From positions 27,776,001-27,840,000 of the forward strand of contig OZ024758.1 in NCBI GenBank assembly GCA_964016885.1: 64,000 nt of DNA, in the 5' to 3' direction. The translations under genes and the position numbers were made by a program. The DNA comes from Eledone cirrhosa. Lineage: Eukaryota. Of the stretch, positions 32,190 through 46,529 are shown one piece after another; within the stretch, counting starts at the first letter, position 1; every line of letters begins with the position of its first letter. Under the pieces are notes generated by a model. That model saw only the letters and a program-made list of their open reading frames with translations, was not told where the DNA came from and ran no database searches.

Positions 32190-32778
32190 TTTTTTTTTGT
32201 CGTGACACCTACACGACCTCATTTATTTAGGATAGGATGTTGTGGTACCAACATAGAGCAAGGGGTGGTGTTGATGGGTGTGGGGAGTTGGGTTAGTGGT
32301 ACAGGGGTGTATATTTGGTTAAGAGGTGCCTACTGACTGTAGGTTTCGCTTTGTACTTAGGCAAGGCTGGTCTTCTGTATTACGCTTAGCGCCAAAGATC
32401 TCGGTCCAGTGACATTGTCTTGGAGAGGTGTAAGTGTGCGAGGTCGGAATTTATCACATCGTCCAGGTTTTTCTGGGTCCACCTACTCCGTAACTACCAG
32501 CAATTTTGATCGCCCTGCACTTTTTTATACAGCTGTCATCTTCCATGCGCATCACGTAACCATACCAACGTAGTCTTCTCTCGAGTAAACAGCATCTGAT
32601 CCCTCTTATACCTAATTTCTCCCTTAGTTCATTTATGCTTTGCTGTTCACGTATATTAATATTACACATCCAGCAGAGCATGCAAGCTTCGTTCTTCTCC
32701 AGTCTGCACAGATCCTCTGCACACAATGCCCATGTCTCACTGCCATGTAACATTGCTGTTCGTATGCAGGCATCATAC
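32190..32778 (-). mobile_element. RTE family 2 fragment
   Basis: DACIRTAMLHGSETWALCAEDL...RRLRWYGYVMRMEDD; highly similar to 58893-59316. Confidence 0.9.
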
Positions 32779-32849
<71 letters not shown>

Positions 32850-32940
32850 GTTAGGGAAGCAGAAAGTTGCTTATTGTAATCCATACCTGGATAAAATCTT
32901 TTTTTTAATGCTTACCTGTGTTTTCTCTTTCATTCTATAT

Positions 32941-32986
<46 letters not shown>

Positions 32987-33050
32987 ACATATATATATAT
33001 ACATATAGATATACATATATACATACATATAGATATACATATATACATAT

Positions 33051-33552
33051 AGAAAAACCTGGGATGACTTGATAAATTCCGACCTCACACACTTACACCT
33101 CTCCAAGACAATGTCACTGGCTGAGATCTTTGGCGGTACTCAGTAACAGAGAAGACCCGCCTTACCTAAATACAAAGTAAAACCTACTACAGTCAGTAGG
33201 CACCACTAACAAAATACACCCCTGTCCCACCACCCCCACCCCATCCACACCGCCCCTTTCAATGTAAAGTTATGTTGGTACCACAACATCCAGCCCGAAA
33301 CCAATGAGGTTGTGTAGGTGTCACGACAAAAAAACACAGTTCACGCTGTAATGTGGCCGTGTAGGTAACACGGTAAAAACCTCCCAGTTCCACACTGTAA
33401 ATGAGGTTGGTGTTAGGAAGGGCATCCAGCCGTAGAAAACCCGCCAGACAGTCCTATGCGAGCAAGACAACCACTCTTGTCTCAAGTGGGAAAACTCCTG
33501 TCCAAACCCATGCAAGCGTGGAATATGGACGTTAAATGATGATGATGATGAT
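33051..33552 (+). mobile_element. RTE family 2 3' end with Meta-like 3'UTR
   Basis: [12 protein letters not shown]...IEKTRLT*-like region, then 3'UTR and (GAT)n tail. Confidence 0.85.
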
Positions 33553-33867
33553 ACATATATATATATATATATACATATATATACATATACATATATATAC
33601 ACATATATACATATACATATATATATACATATATATACATATATATATATACATATAATATACATATATATATATACATATATATACATATATATATATA
33701 TACATATATATACATATATATATATATACATATATATACATATATATACATATATATATATATACATATATATACATATATATATATATACATATATATA
33801 CATATATATATATACATATATATATATACATATATATATATACATATATATACATACATATATATAC

Positions 33868-33900
<33 letters not shown>

Positions 33901-33969
33901 CATATATATATACATATATACATATACATACATATATACATATACATATATATACATATATACATATAC

Positions 33970-34650
33970 ATCATCATCATCATCATCATTTAACGTCCAT
34001 ATTCCACGCTTGCATGGGTTTGGACAGGAGTTTTCCCACTTGAGGCAAGAGTGGTTGTCTTGCTCGCATAAACTGTCTGGCGGGTTTTCTACGCCTGGAT
34101 GCCCTTCCTAACACCAACCATGTTTACAGTGTGGAACTGGGAGGTTTTTACCGTGTTACCTATACGGCCACATTACAGCATGGACTGTCTGGTGGGTTTT
34201 CCACGGCTGGATGCCCTTCCTAACACCAACCATGTTTACAGTGTGGAACTGGGAGGTTTTTACCGTATTACCTACACGGCCACATTACAGCGGGGACTGT
34301 GTTTTTTCTGTCGTGACACCTACACGACCCCATTTATTTCGGACTGGATATTGTGGTACCAACATAACTTTACATTGAAAGGGGTGGTGTGGATGGGGTG
34401 GGGGTAGTGGGACGGGGGAGTATTTTTGTTAAGAGGTGCCTACTAACTGTTGTATTTAGGTAAGGCGGGTCTTCTCTATTACTGAGTACCGCCAAAGATC
34501 TCGGTCCAGTGACATTGTCTTGGAGAGGTGTATGTCTGTGAGGTCGGAATTTATCAAGTCATCCCAGGTTTTTCTGGGTCTGCCTACTCCGTGGCTACCG
34601 TCTATCTTTATTGCCCTGCACTTTTTTATACAGCTGTCGTCTTTCATGCA
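33970..34650 (-). mobile_element. RTE family 2 3' end with duplicated Meta-like module
   Basis: ORF 34456-34683 end [31 protein letters not shown]; 3'UTR as in 58384-58890. Confidence 0.9.
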
Positions 34651-35301
34651 TATATATACATATACATATATACATAAATACATATATATTTACATATATA
34701 TATAGACATATATACATACATATACATATATACATATATACATATATATATACACATATATATATATATAGACATATATACATACATATACATATATACA
34801 TATATACATATATATATACACATATATATACATATATATATACACATATATATACATATATATACATATATATATACACATATATATATATACATATATA
34901 TATATACATATATATATACACATATATATACATATATATACATATACACATATATATACATATATATACATATACACATATATATACATATATATACATA
35001 TACACATATATATATATACATATATATACATATACACATATATATATATACATATATATACATATACACATATATATATATACATATATATACATATACA
35101 CATATATATATATACATATATATACATATACACATATATATATATACATATATATACATATACACATATATATATATACATATATATACATATACATACA
35201 TATATATACATATATATACATATACACATATATATATATACATATATATACATATACATACATATATATACATATACATACATATATATACATATACATA
35301 C

Positions 35302-35414
<113 letters not shown>

Positions 35415-35437
35415 CATATATATATATATACATATAC

Positions 35438-35494
<57 letters not shown>

Positions 35495-35526
35495 CATATA
35501 CATATATATATATATACATATACATA

Positions 35527-35607
<81 letters not shown>

Positions 35608-35643
35608 ATATATACATATACATATATATATATATACATATAC

Positions 35644-35812
<169 letters not shown>

Positions 35813-35825
35813 CATATACATATAC

Positions 35826-35856
<31 letters not shown>

Positions 35857-36001
35857 CATATACATATACATATATATATATATATATACATATATACATA
35901 TACATATACATATATATATATATATATACATATATATATACATATACATATATACATATATATATATATACATATATACATATATATATATATACATATA
36001 C

Positions 36002-36035
<34 letters not shown>

Positions 36036-36057
36036 ATACATATACATATATATATAC

Positions 36058-36118
<61 letters not shown>

Positions 36119-36149
36119 CATATATATATACATATATATATACATATAC

Positions 36150-36438
<289 letters not shown>

Positions 36439-36469
36439 TATGTATCTATCTATCTATCTAAGGCGGGTA

Positions 36470-36570
36470 AAATTCCCGAGCTCCGTTTCATTCTTTAGAA
36501 ATCATCAGGAATCTCTGATTCTTGATGATTTCTAAAGAATAAAACAGTTCTAGTCCTGTAGAATCTCATC
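36470..36570. ncRNA. Head-to-head pair of degenerate hammerhead-like motifs
   Basis: Plus strand GATTC-TTGATGA-TTTCTAAAGAAT-AAAA-CAG..CTG-TA-GAATC; minus strand ATTC-CTGATGA-TTTCTAAAGAAT-GAAA-CGGAGCTCG-G-GAAT. Confidence 0.45.
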
Positions 36571-37148
36571 TATATTATATATATATATATATACATATAC
36601 ATACACATATATACATATATATACATATACATATATATACACATATATACATATATACACATATATACATATATATACATACATATATGTCTATATATAT
36701 ACATATACATATACACATACATATATACATATACACATATACATATATATATACACACATATACATATATATATACACATATACATACATATATACACAT
36801 ATACATATATATATATATACACATATACATACATATATATATATACATATACACATATACATATACACATATATATATACACATATACATATATATATAC
36901 ACATATACATATATATATACACATATACATATATATATACACATATACATATATATATACACATATACATATATACATACATATATATATACACATATAC
37001 ATACATATATATATACATATACACATATACATATATATATACACATATACATATACATATATATATACACATATACATATACATATATATATACATATAT
37101 ATATACATATATATATACATATATATATATATATACATATATATATAC

Positions 37149-37191
<43 letters not shown>

Positions 37192-37418
37192 TATATACAT
37201 ATATATATATATACATATATATATACATATATACATATATATATACATATATATATATAGAAACATATATATATACATATATACATATGCAAAAGTTCTA
37301 TTTAAATTGTTGGGATACAACAGGCAAATATTTTTATAACTGATATGAAGCACTCAACAAGTATTTGGAGTAAACATACGATATTAACAAATGGAAACTA
37401 TATTTATAAAACCATATT

Positions 37419-37483
37419 TATTTCATTATACATATTTCAAGGACACCACGTTAAATTATGGTGTGCTTTCATCAGACAAAATA
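37419..37483 (-). ncRNA. Type-I hammerhead-like motif within a 222-bp island (37377-37598) bounded by 41-bp inverted repeats
   Basis: Minus strand TATTTTGT-CTGATGA-AAGCACACCA..TGGTGTCCTT-GAAA-TATGTA-TA-ATGAAATA; homolog at 61458-61523. Confidence 0.7.
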
Positions 37484-38501
37484 TAATATAGATCAGTTTT
37501 ATAAATAAATATTGACATACCCTTAAAGAATGCAACCATTCTGTTGGAAGCTCCCGGATATGGTTTTATAAATATAGTTTCCATTTGTTAATATCGTATA
37601 TATACATATATACATGTATACATACATATACACATGTATACATACATATATACATATACACATGTATACATACATATATACATGTATATATACATATACA
37701 TACATATATATATACATATACATATATATACATATATATATACATATACATACATATATATATACATATACATATATATACATATATATATACATATACA
37801 TATATATACATATATATATACATATACATATATATACATATATATATACATATACATATATATACATATATATATACATATACATATATATACATATATA
37901 TATACATATACATATATATACATATATATATACATATACATATATATATACATATACATATATATACATATATATATACATATACATACATATATACATA
38001 CATATATACATATATATATACATATATACATATATATATACATATATATATACATATATACATATACATACATATACATATATACATATACATACATATA
38101 TATATACATATACATATATACATGTATATATACATATACATATATATACATATATATATACATATACATATATATATACATATATATATACATATATACA
38201 TATACATATATACATATACATACATATATATATACATATACATATATACATGTATATATACATATACATATATACATGTATATATACATATACATATATA
38301 CATGTATATATACATATACATATATATACATATATATATATATACATATACATATATATATACATATATAGATAAACATATATACACATATATATATATA
38401 TACATATATACATACATATATACACATATATATATACATATATACATATACATATACATATATACATATACATATACATATATACACATATATATATACA
38501 T

Positions 38502-38538
<37 letters not shown>

Positions 38539-38866
38539 CATGTATATATACATATACATATACATATACACATGTATATATACATATACATATACATATA
38601 CATGTATATATACATATACATATATATACATTATACATATATATACATATATATACATATACATATACATATATACACATATATATATACATATACATAT
38701 ATACACATACATATATACACATATATATATACATATATACATACATATATACATATACATATATACACATACATATATACACATATATATACATATATAC
38801 ATACATATATACATATACATATATACATATATACATATACATATATACATGTATATATACATGTAC

Positions 38867-38903
<37 letters not shown>

Positions 38904-38963
38904 TATATACATATATATATATACATATATATATACATATATACATATACATATATATATACA

Positions 38964-38995
<32 letters not shown>

Positions 38996-39021
38996 CATAT
39001 ATATATACATACATACATATA

Positions 39022-39055
<34 letters not shown>

Positions 39056-39061
39056 CATATA

Positions 39062-39103
<42 letters not shown>

Positions 39104-39289
39104 CATATACACATATACACATATACATATATATATATACATATACACATATATATATATACATACATATATATACATATACACATATATATATATATAC
39201 ATACATATATATACATATACACATATATATATATACATACATATATATACATATATATATATACATACATATATATACATATACACATA

Positions 39290-39327
<38 letters not shown>

Positions 39328-39525
39328 CATATATATATATACATATACACACATATATATATATACATATACACACATATATATATATATATACATATAT
39401 ATACATATATACATATCTATACATATATATATATATACATATACATATATATATATACATATACACATATATATATATACATATACATATATATATATAC
39501 ATATACACATATATATATATATATA

Positions 39526-39558
<33 letters not shown>

Positions 39559-39566
39559 CATATACA

Positions 39567-39599
<33 letters not shown>

Positions 39600-39608
39600 C
39601 ATATACAC

Positions 39609-39717
<109 letters not shown>

Positions 39718-40788
39718 CATATACACATATATATATATATATATACATATATATATACATATACACATATATATATATACATATATACATATATACATAT
39801 ATATATATACATATATACATATATATATATACATATATACATATATGTATATACATATATACATATATATATATACATATACACATATATATATATACAT
39901 ATACACATATATATATACATATACACATATATATATATATACATATACACACATATATATATATACATATACACACATATATATATATACATATACACAC
40001 ATATATATATATACATATACACATATATATATATATACATATACACATATATATATATATACATATACACATATATATATATATACATATACACATATAT
40101 ATATATACATATACACATATATATATATACATATACACACATATATATATATACATATACACATATATATATATATACATATACACATATATATATATAC
40201 ATATACACATATATATATATACATATACACATATATATATATACATATACACATATATATATATACATATACACATATATATATATACATATATATATAC
40301 ATATACACATATATATATACATATACACATATATATATATATACATATACACATATATATATATACATATATATATACATATACACATATATATATACAT
40401 ATACACATATATATATACATATACACATATATATATATATACATATACACATATATATATATACATATATATATACACATATATATATATACATATATAT
40501 ATACATATACACATATATATATATATATACATATATATATACATATATATATACATTTATACATATATATATACATTTATACATACATATATATATATAC
40601 ATATATACATATACATATATACATACATATATACATACATACATATATACATATAAATACATACGCATTTATATATATCTACACACACACATATATACAT
40701 ATATATATATGTATATATATATATATACACACACATATATACATTCACATATATACATACATATACACATATATACACACACACACAC

Positions 40789-40819
<31 letters not shown>

Positions 40820-40888
40820 TATACATACATACATATATCCATGCATACACATTGCATATATATATACTGTATATATATATATAAGCAT

Positions 40889-40953
<65 letters not shown>

Positions 40954-40967
40954 CATATATACATACA

Positions 40968-41140
40968 TAAGGGTCAGCTGAAACATTCATAAGCTGACCA
41001 AGATACTCTCATGGAATGACCAAATGAGGTGTATTTTTCAACATAGTGCCTAGAAAGAAACAATGCTGTTATTAACAAGAGTTGAAATTAATGCATGCAG
41101 GATTTCACAGTCGGCCTATGAACTTTCCAGCCGACTATGA
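40968..41140. mobile_element. mariner-type MITE
   Basis: Imperfect TIRs GTCAGCTGAAACATTCATAAGCTGAC / GTCGGCCTATGAACTTTCCAGCCGAC in TA context. Confidence 0.65.
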
Positions 41141-41548
41141 TACATATATATACACATATATGTATATATATATATACATATATATATACGCGCACATATA
41201 TACACTTCATACACACACGCACAAACACATATACACACACACACATATACACATATACACACACACATATATATACACACATATACACACACACATATAT
41301 ATACACATATACATACACACACACACATATATATATATATATACAGACATACACACACACATATACACACATATATATATACACACACACACACACATAT
41401 ACACACATACACACACACACACACACATATATATACACATATACATACACACACACATATATACACAGACACATACACACACACATATACACACACATAT
41501 ATATATACACACACACACATATATACACACACACACATATATACACAC

Positions 41549-41587
<39 letters not shown>

Positions 41588-41647
41588 CACACATACACAC
41601 ACACATACACACACACACATATACATATATATATATATATATATATA

Positions 41648-41989
41648 CACATGGCTTAGTGGTTAGAGCATTGGCCTTGCAATCGAAAGGTTGTGAGTTC
41701 AATTCTCAGACCGGGTGATGTGTTGTTTCCTTGAGCAAGAGACTTTATTTCACATTGCTCCAGTTTACTCAGCTGTAGAAATGAGATGATAGGGACCCCA
41801 GTCCCTATCATTCCACTGCAAAGTGGTCGTGGAGGTGCCACGGCAAAAAAGCACCCAGCACTCACTGTAAATGAGGTTGGTGTTAGGAAGGGCATCCAGC
41901 TGTAGAAATCAAGCCAGAATCAGTTCCCGTCCCACCCTTGCAAGCAGGGAAAAGTGGACGTAAAATGAAATGAATGATGAAATGATGAT
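41648..41989 (+). mobile_element. Near full-length SINE family A
   Basis: High identity to 29936-30282. Confidence 0.9.
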
Positions 41990-42462
41990 ACACACACATG
42001 CCAGAATCCAATTCTTAGTATGTTCACCATAACCCCACATGCTATAAAAATCTACTAACTGGATTGGTTTAAGGAAGGGCATCGCGCTATAAAGCATTAT
42101 CTCAGAATTCCTGTCCTACTCATTCCAGCATGGAATGTCGACATAAAAACGATGATGGTACAGAGAGAGAGAGAGAGAGATACCTTTATATATACATAAA
42201 TAACTACACCTCTTTCTCACATATATATATATATATATATATATATAGATATATATATATGTATATATATGCGAAGAAATACCAATGAGAATCAGCAGAC
42301 TACTGATGATGGACTTTCCTGTTTTTCGGTCTATTTTTTATTCATATATATACATATATATATATATATAACGAAGGAGGTGTGGTAAGGAACCAGATGG
42401 ACCATAACGCACCAGAGTACTCAATACTTAGGGTAATAGAGTTGGTAATATGAAAAAGTATG

Positions 42463-42549
42463 ACCCCGACGGCAGAGCTCAAGCCGTTTCGACGGCTATT
42501 TCTGGTCCAGAAATAGCCGTCGAAACGGCTTGAGCTCTGCCGTCGGGGT
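42463..42549. repeat. Perfect hairpin (43-bp arms, 1-nt loop) built from the hammerhead 3' half
   Basis: ACCCCGACGGCAGAGCTCAAGCCGTTTCGACGGCTATTTCTGG-T-reverse complement. Confidence 0.92.
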
Positions 42550-42560
42550 TAAACATTTTC

Positions 42561-42627
<67 letters not shown>

Positions 42628-42814
42628 CTTCCCACACACAAACATATACATATGTATACACACACAAACATGTATACACATCACATATATATAAGAATCT
42701 ACGCACACTATATATATATACACACGTCCACACTAACATATCTACACACACACACACACACGTAATGGGTTCGGTTCCTGAGCAAGACGTTTTATTTCAC
42801 ATTAATTTCATGAT

Positions 42815-42938
42815 CCCTTTACGGACTGAGTTCAAATCCCGCCGAGGTTGACTTTGCCTTTCATCCTTACGGGGTCGATAAAATAAAGTACCAGTAATGC
42901 ACTGGTTAATTGCTGGCCTTGTGCCTAAAGTAGAAATA
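42815..42938 (+). mobile_element. 5'-truncated SINE family C with 14-bp TSD
   Basis: ATTAATTTCATGAT at 42801-42814 and 42939-42952. Confidence 0.85.
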
Positions 42939-42960
42939 ATTAATTTCATGATAGATGTGG

Positions 42961-43102
42961 CAGGGTCGTCATCTTAGCATTATAGGCCCCTGGGCAAAGC
43001 AGAAAACTGGGGCCCCTATCTACACAACCACTCACAAGAATAAAAATACAAATGGGCCCCCCGGGCAACTGCCCAGCGTGCCCATGCGTTAAGACGGCCC
43101 TG
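42961..43102. mobile_element. hAT-type MITE (142 bp)
   Basis: TIR CAGGGTCGTC / GACGGCCCTG; perfect 8-bp TSD AGATGTGG at 42953-42960 and 43103-43110. Confidence 0.9.
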
Positions 43103-43286
43103 AGATGTGGGGCTCCTCTCATTAAAACACCTGATTAACCCATGAAATACAACTCCGTGGGTGGCTAGTTAAACCTACATAGGTTTCAGTTGTACATTTC
43201 ATATACACACTACATAAATATATGTAGTGTGTGTGTAGATTCTTATATATATGTGTGATGTGTATACATGTTTGTGTGTGGGAAGA

Positions 43287-43322
<36 letters not shown>

Positions 43323-43326
<4 letters not shown>

Positions 43327-43435
43327 AACAAGTAAGACCCCGACGGCTGAGCTCAAGCCGTTTCGACGGCTAATTCTAGACTCATTAGCCGTCGAAACGG
43401 CTTGAGCTCAGCCGTCGGGGTCTTACTTGTTCCTA
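43323..43435. repeat. Perfect hairpin (52-bp arms, 9-nt loop) built from the hammerhead 3' half; a further remnant at ~44581-44619
   Basis: Right arm: stem II ...TAGCCGTC-GAAA-CGGCT TGAGCTC AGCCG-TC-GGGGTC; the left arm is its exact reverse complement. Confidence 0.92.
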
Positions 43436-43512
43436 ATACCCACTCTACTACCCTAAGTATTGAGTACTTTGGGGCGTTATGGTCCACCTGGTTCCTTACC
43501 ACATTTCCTTCG

Positions 43513-43551
<39 letters not shown>

Positions 43552-43833
43552 GGGTCGTTATTTATGTATATATAAAGGTATGTCTCTCTCTCTCTCTACA
43601 TATATATATGTGAGAGAGAGGGGTATATATATATACGTGTGTGTGTGTGTGTATGTATGTATACATACATCTGTCTATAAACATGCACAGCCACATTAAC
43701 AAAGACGTTAGCATGCAAATTACAACTGCAACGATGCTGCAACAACACATTACAGGGATACCAAATGATTATTCTACGTAAACAAAAATGTAAAAATAAA
43801 TCTCCGAACGAGTGTATGTGAATAAAAATAATG

Positions 43834-43867
<34 letters not shown>

Positions 43868-44299
43868 TATATATACATATATATATACATACATATATAT
43901 ATATACATATATATATACATACATATATATATATACATACATATATATATACATATATATATACATACATATATATATATACATACATATATATATATAC
44001 ATACATATATATATACATATATATATACATACATATATATATACATATATATATACATATATATATACATACATATATATATACATATATATATACATAC
44101 ATATATATATACACACACATATATATACATATATATATATACACACACATATATATATACATATATACATAGATATATATACATATATACATACAGATAT
44201 ATATACATATATACATACATATCCATTATATATATATATATACATTATCTCTCTCTCTCCCTATATATATATATATATATAGGGAGAGAGAGAGATAAT

Positions 44300-44398
44300 T
44301 ATTTCTACTTTTAGCACAAGGCCAGCAATTATCCGAGTACATTACTGGTACTTTATTTTATCGACCCCGTAAGGATGAAAGGCAAAGTTAACCTCGGT
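44300..44398 (-). mobile_element. Truncated SINE family C with AGAGATAAT TSD; other truncated copies at 46200-46290 (+) and 61652-61710 (-)
   Basis: Homology to 4514-4697. Confidence 0.8.
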
Positions 44399-44616
44399 GA
44401 AGAGATAATGTATATATATATATATAATGGATATGTATGTATATATGTGTGTGTGTATATATGTATATATATATATATGTGTGTATATATGTATATATAT
44501 AAATGTGTATATATATATGTATGTATATATATATATATATGTATATATATATGTGTGTGTGTGTGTGTGTGAAAAATTTATGGACCCCGACGGCTCAGCC
44601 CCTGCCGTTTCAACAG

Positions 44617-44688
<72 letters not shown>

Positions 44689-45236
44689 GTGTGTGTGAAT
44701 ATATACACCACGAATATCGAGACTCAGGTGATGCCAAATTCTTCGCGAAACCATCTCTCAGTTAACGTACAGCAGACACCAGCAGACACCAGCAGCAACA
44801 GGAGAGTCCCGTCTAAAATATGTAATTTGTTGTCCTTTACGAACCAAACCAGTCGCCAAGAAAATGTCTAAATGTCTAAATTGTCAGTGCTCGACATAGA
44901 AATGTCAACTCTAGTATGTTACATTACGATGGTAATATAATAATTAAAGGTGAATGCAAGAAAACATTAAATGAAAAAAAAAAATATGAGAGAGAGAGAT
45001 GCATTAGTTTTGTTTGTAAAATACTTCGTAGAAAAAAAAAATTATATATATATATGTGTGTGTGTGTGTGTATATATGTGGGGGTGTGTGTATATGTGTG
45101 TGGGTGTGTGTGTGTGTATAATGAGAGAAATCAAACTGGTTTGTTTATTTTTTTTTTGGTTTTTTTTTTGTATTTTTTTTTTTTTTTGCGAGTATATAGA
45201 TTGTGATCGGTAATATATGTCGATAAATGGACTTAC

Positions 45237-45294
45237 CCCTTTTCACGGCCTCCTCATAGGTGATGGCCGACAGCTTGGCGTTCCCACCTCCCAT
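45237..45294 (-). CDS. USP32: First coding exon of ubiquitin carboxyl-terminal hydrolase 32-like (EF-hand/DUSP/USP deubiquitinase)
   Basis: Minus strand reads ACCAGG-ATG GGA GGT GGG AAC GCC AAG CTG TCG GCC ATC ACC TAT GAG GAG GCC GTG AAA AGG G|GTAAGT = MGGGNAKLSAITYEEAVKR+1 nt. This aligns without gaps to the recalled human USP32 N-terminus MGAKESRIGFLSYEEALRR(V). Good Kozak context, perfect donor, phase-1 junction. Too short for the ORF track; downstream exons not found in the window. Confidence 0.85.
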
Positions 45295-46000
45295 CCTGGT
45301 GGTTAATAAGTTATTATTAATTCGATATCAATAATATGACAGCACACGGTAAAGTCCTTCAATCCCTCCTTCTTCTTCTTCTCCTTCTTCTTCTTCCACC
45401 CTGCACGAAGGAAGGGTGCTTGTTTTTGTTGTATTATAGTGACGGCACGTAAATGCTACAGTAGCAGAAGAGGGTTGTGTTGCGAGAGACATACATAGAT
45501 ACATAAAAATACGTTCATACATTCACGCGCACACACGGACAGACAAACAGACAGGCAGGCAGGCAGGCCAACTATGACAGTTTTCAGAGGTGGTGGTTGT
45601 ATTAAGTCGGGCCACTCACAAAAACCCTGTTGTTTTGATACAATAGTGGAGGGAGAAAACAGTAGTAGCAGTAAAAACATCAGCATGAGTGAGCGTCGTA
45701 GAAAAGTGATGATTGTCACTGCTATTGTTGACGTGGAAACCGAGACGATAAGAGTTACAATTTTTACTGCCAACCGTCAAGTTAATAGCGCTTACAGTTT
45801 CTGGAACCAATTCGGCTGTGGACCGAACCTCCATTTTGATTCACGTGACATAGTCTTAAAACCTGAACAGAAGCGTATGATATTGCCAAGGAAAGTAATG
45901 GAAGGGGAGGAGCTGGTTGGACATGATAAAGGGACGTAATTCTGTAGCGTTTACTTCTTTCTACATCCGGTCCGGTCATGCATCAAATGCCAACTACACA
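45295..46000 (-). promoter_or_regulatory. Putative 5'UTR/promoter of the USP32-like gene (CpG-rich unique DNA; YY1-like CAAAATGGAG 45829-45838 next to E-box GTCACGTGA 45841-45849)
   Basis: Non-repetitive and visibly CpG-rich relative to the window. Directly upstream of the ATG. Motifs read from the sequence; TSS not determinable. Confidence 0.55.
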
Positions 46001-46529
46001 TGACCGATTTTTCTTAATCTAACTATTATTGACGTTTCATTTATTTCAATTGCCTAGCCAAATACTACTTATTATACGCATCTAATTAACGTAACGAATT
46101 TAGCTTTTGTTTGAAGATTTAATAAACCTTAATGTAAAATAAATTATCCCTGATGAATAATTTTCAACAAGCATTATTTGTGGAATACCGATTTGTGGAA
46201 TTGTCTTTCATCCTTTCCGGGTCGATAAAATAAAGTACCAGTAATACACTGAATATTTGCTGGCCTTGTGCCAAATGTAGAAACAATTATTTGTGGAATT
46301 TTAAACATCTCTAGAAAAAAAAAAAATTAAAAAAATAAAAAAAGGAATTTCTTATATGGTGTCTCTTTTTATTTTATTATTTAAAGATTTTTGAAAATAA
46401 ATACTTTGCTCCAACAACTTCATATACATTTTTTTTTTAAAGAAAAATATCTTCTAAATAAGAGATTCAAGTAGAAAATTATACAATTCAGTGGTAATTG
46501 TAATAAAGCATCTTCTTTTCTTCACACAT

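Noticed and set aside
32900-32940. Minus-strand CAG|GTAAG donor as a USP32 exon
   Set aside because: Preceded directly by TA repeat, with no acceptor and no USP32-like peptide.
42295-42340. CTGATGA-T-GGAC...GTC as a hammerhead
   Set aside because: No GAAA or stem III follows; at most a truncated remnant.
45574-45939. 121-aa plus-strand ORF as a divergent gene
   Set aside because: No recognisable domain; it overlaps the putative USP32 5'UTR/promoter in antisense.
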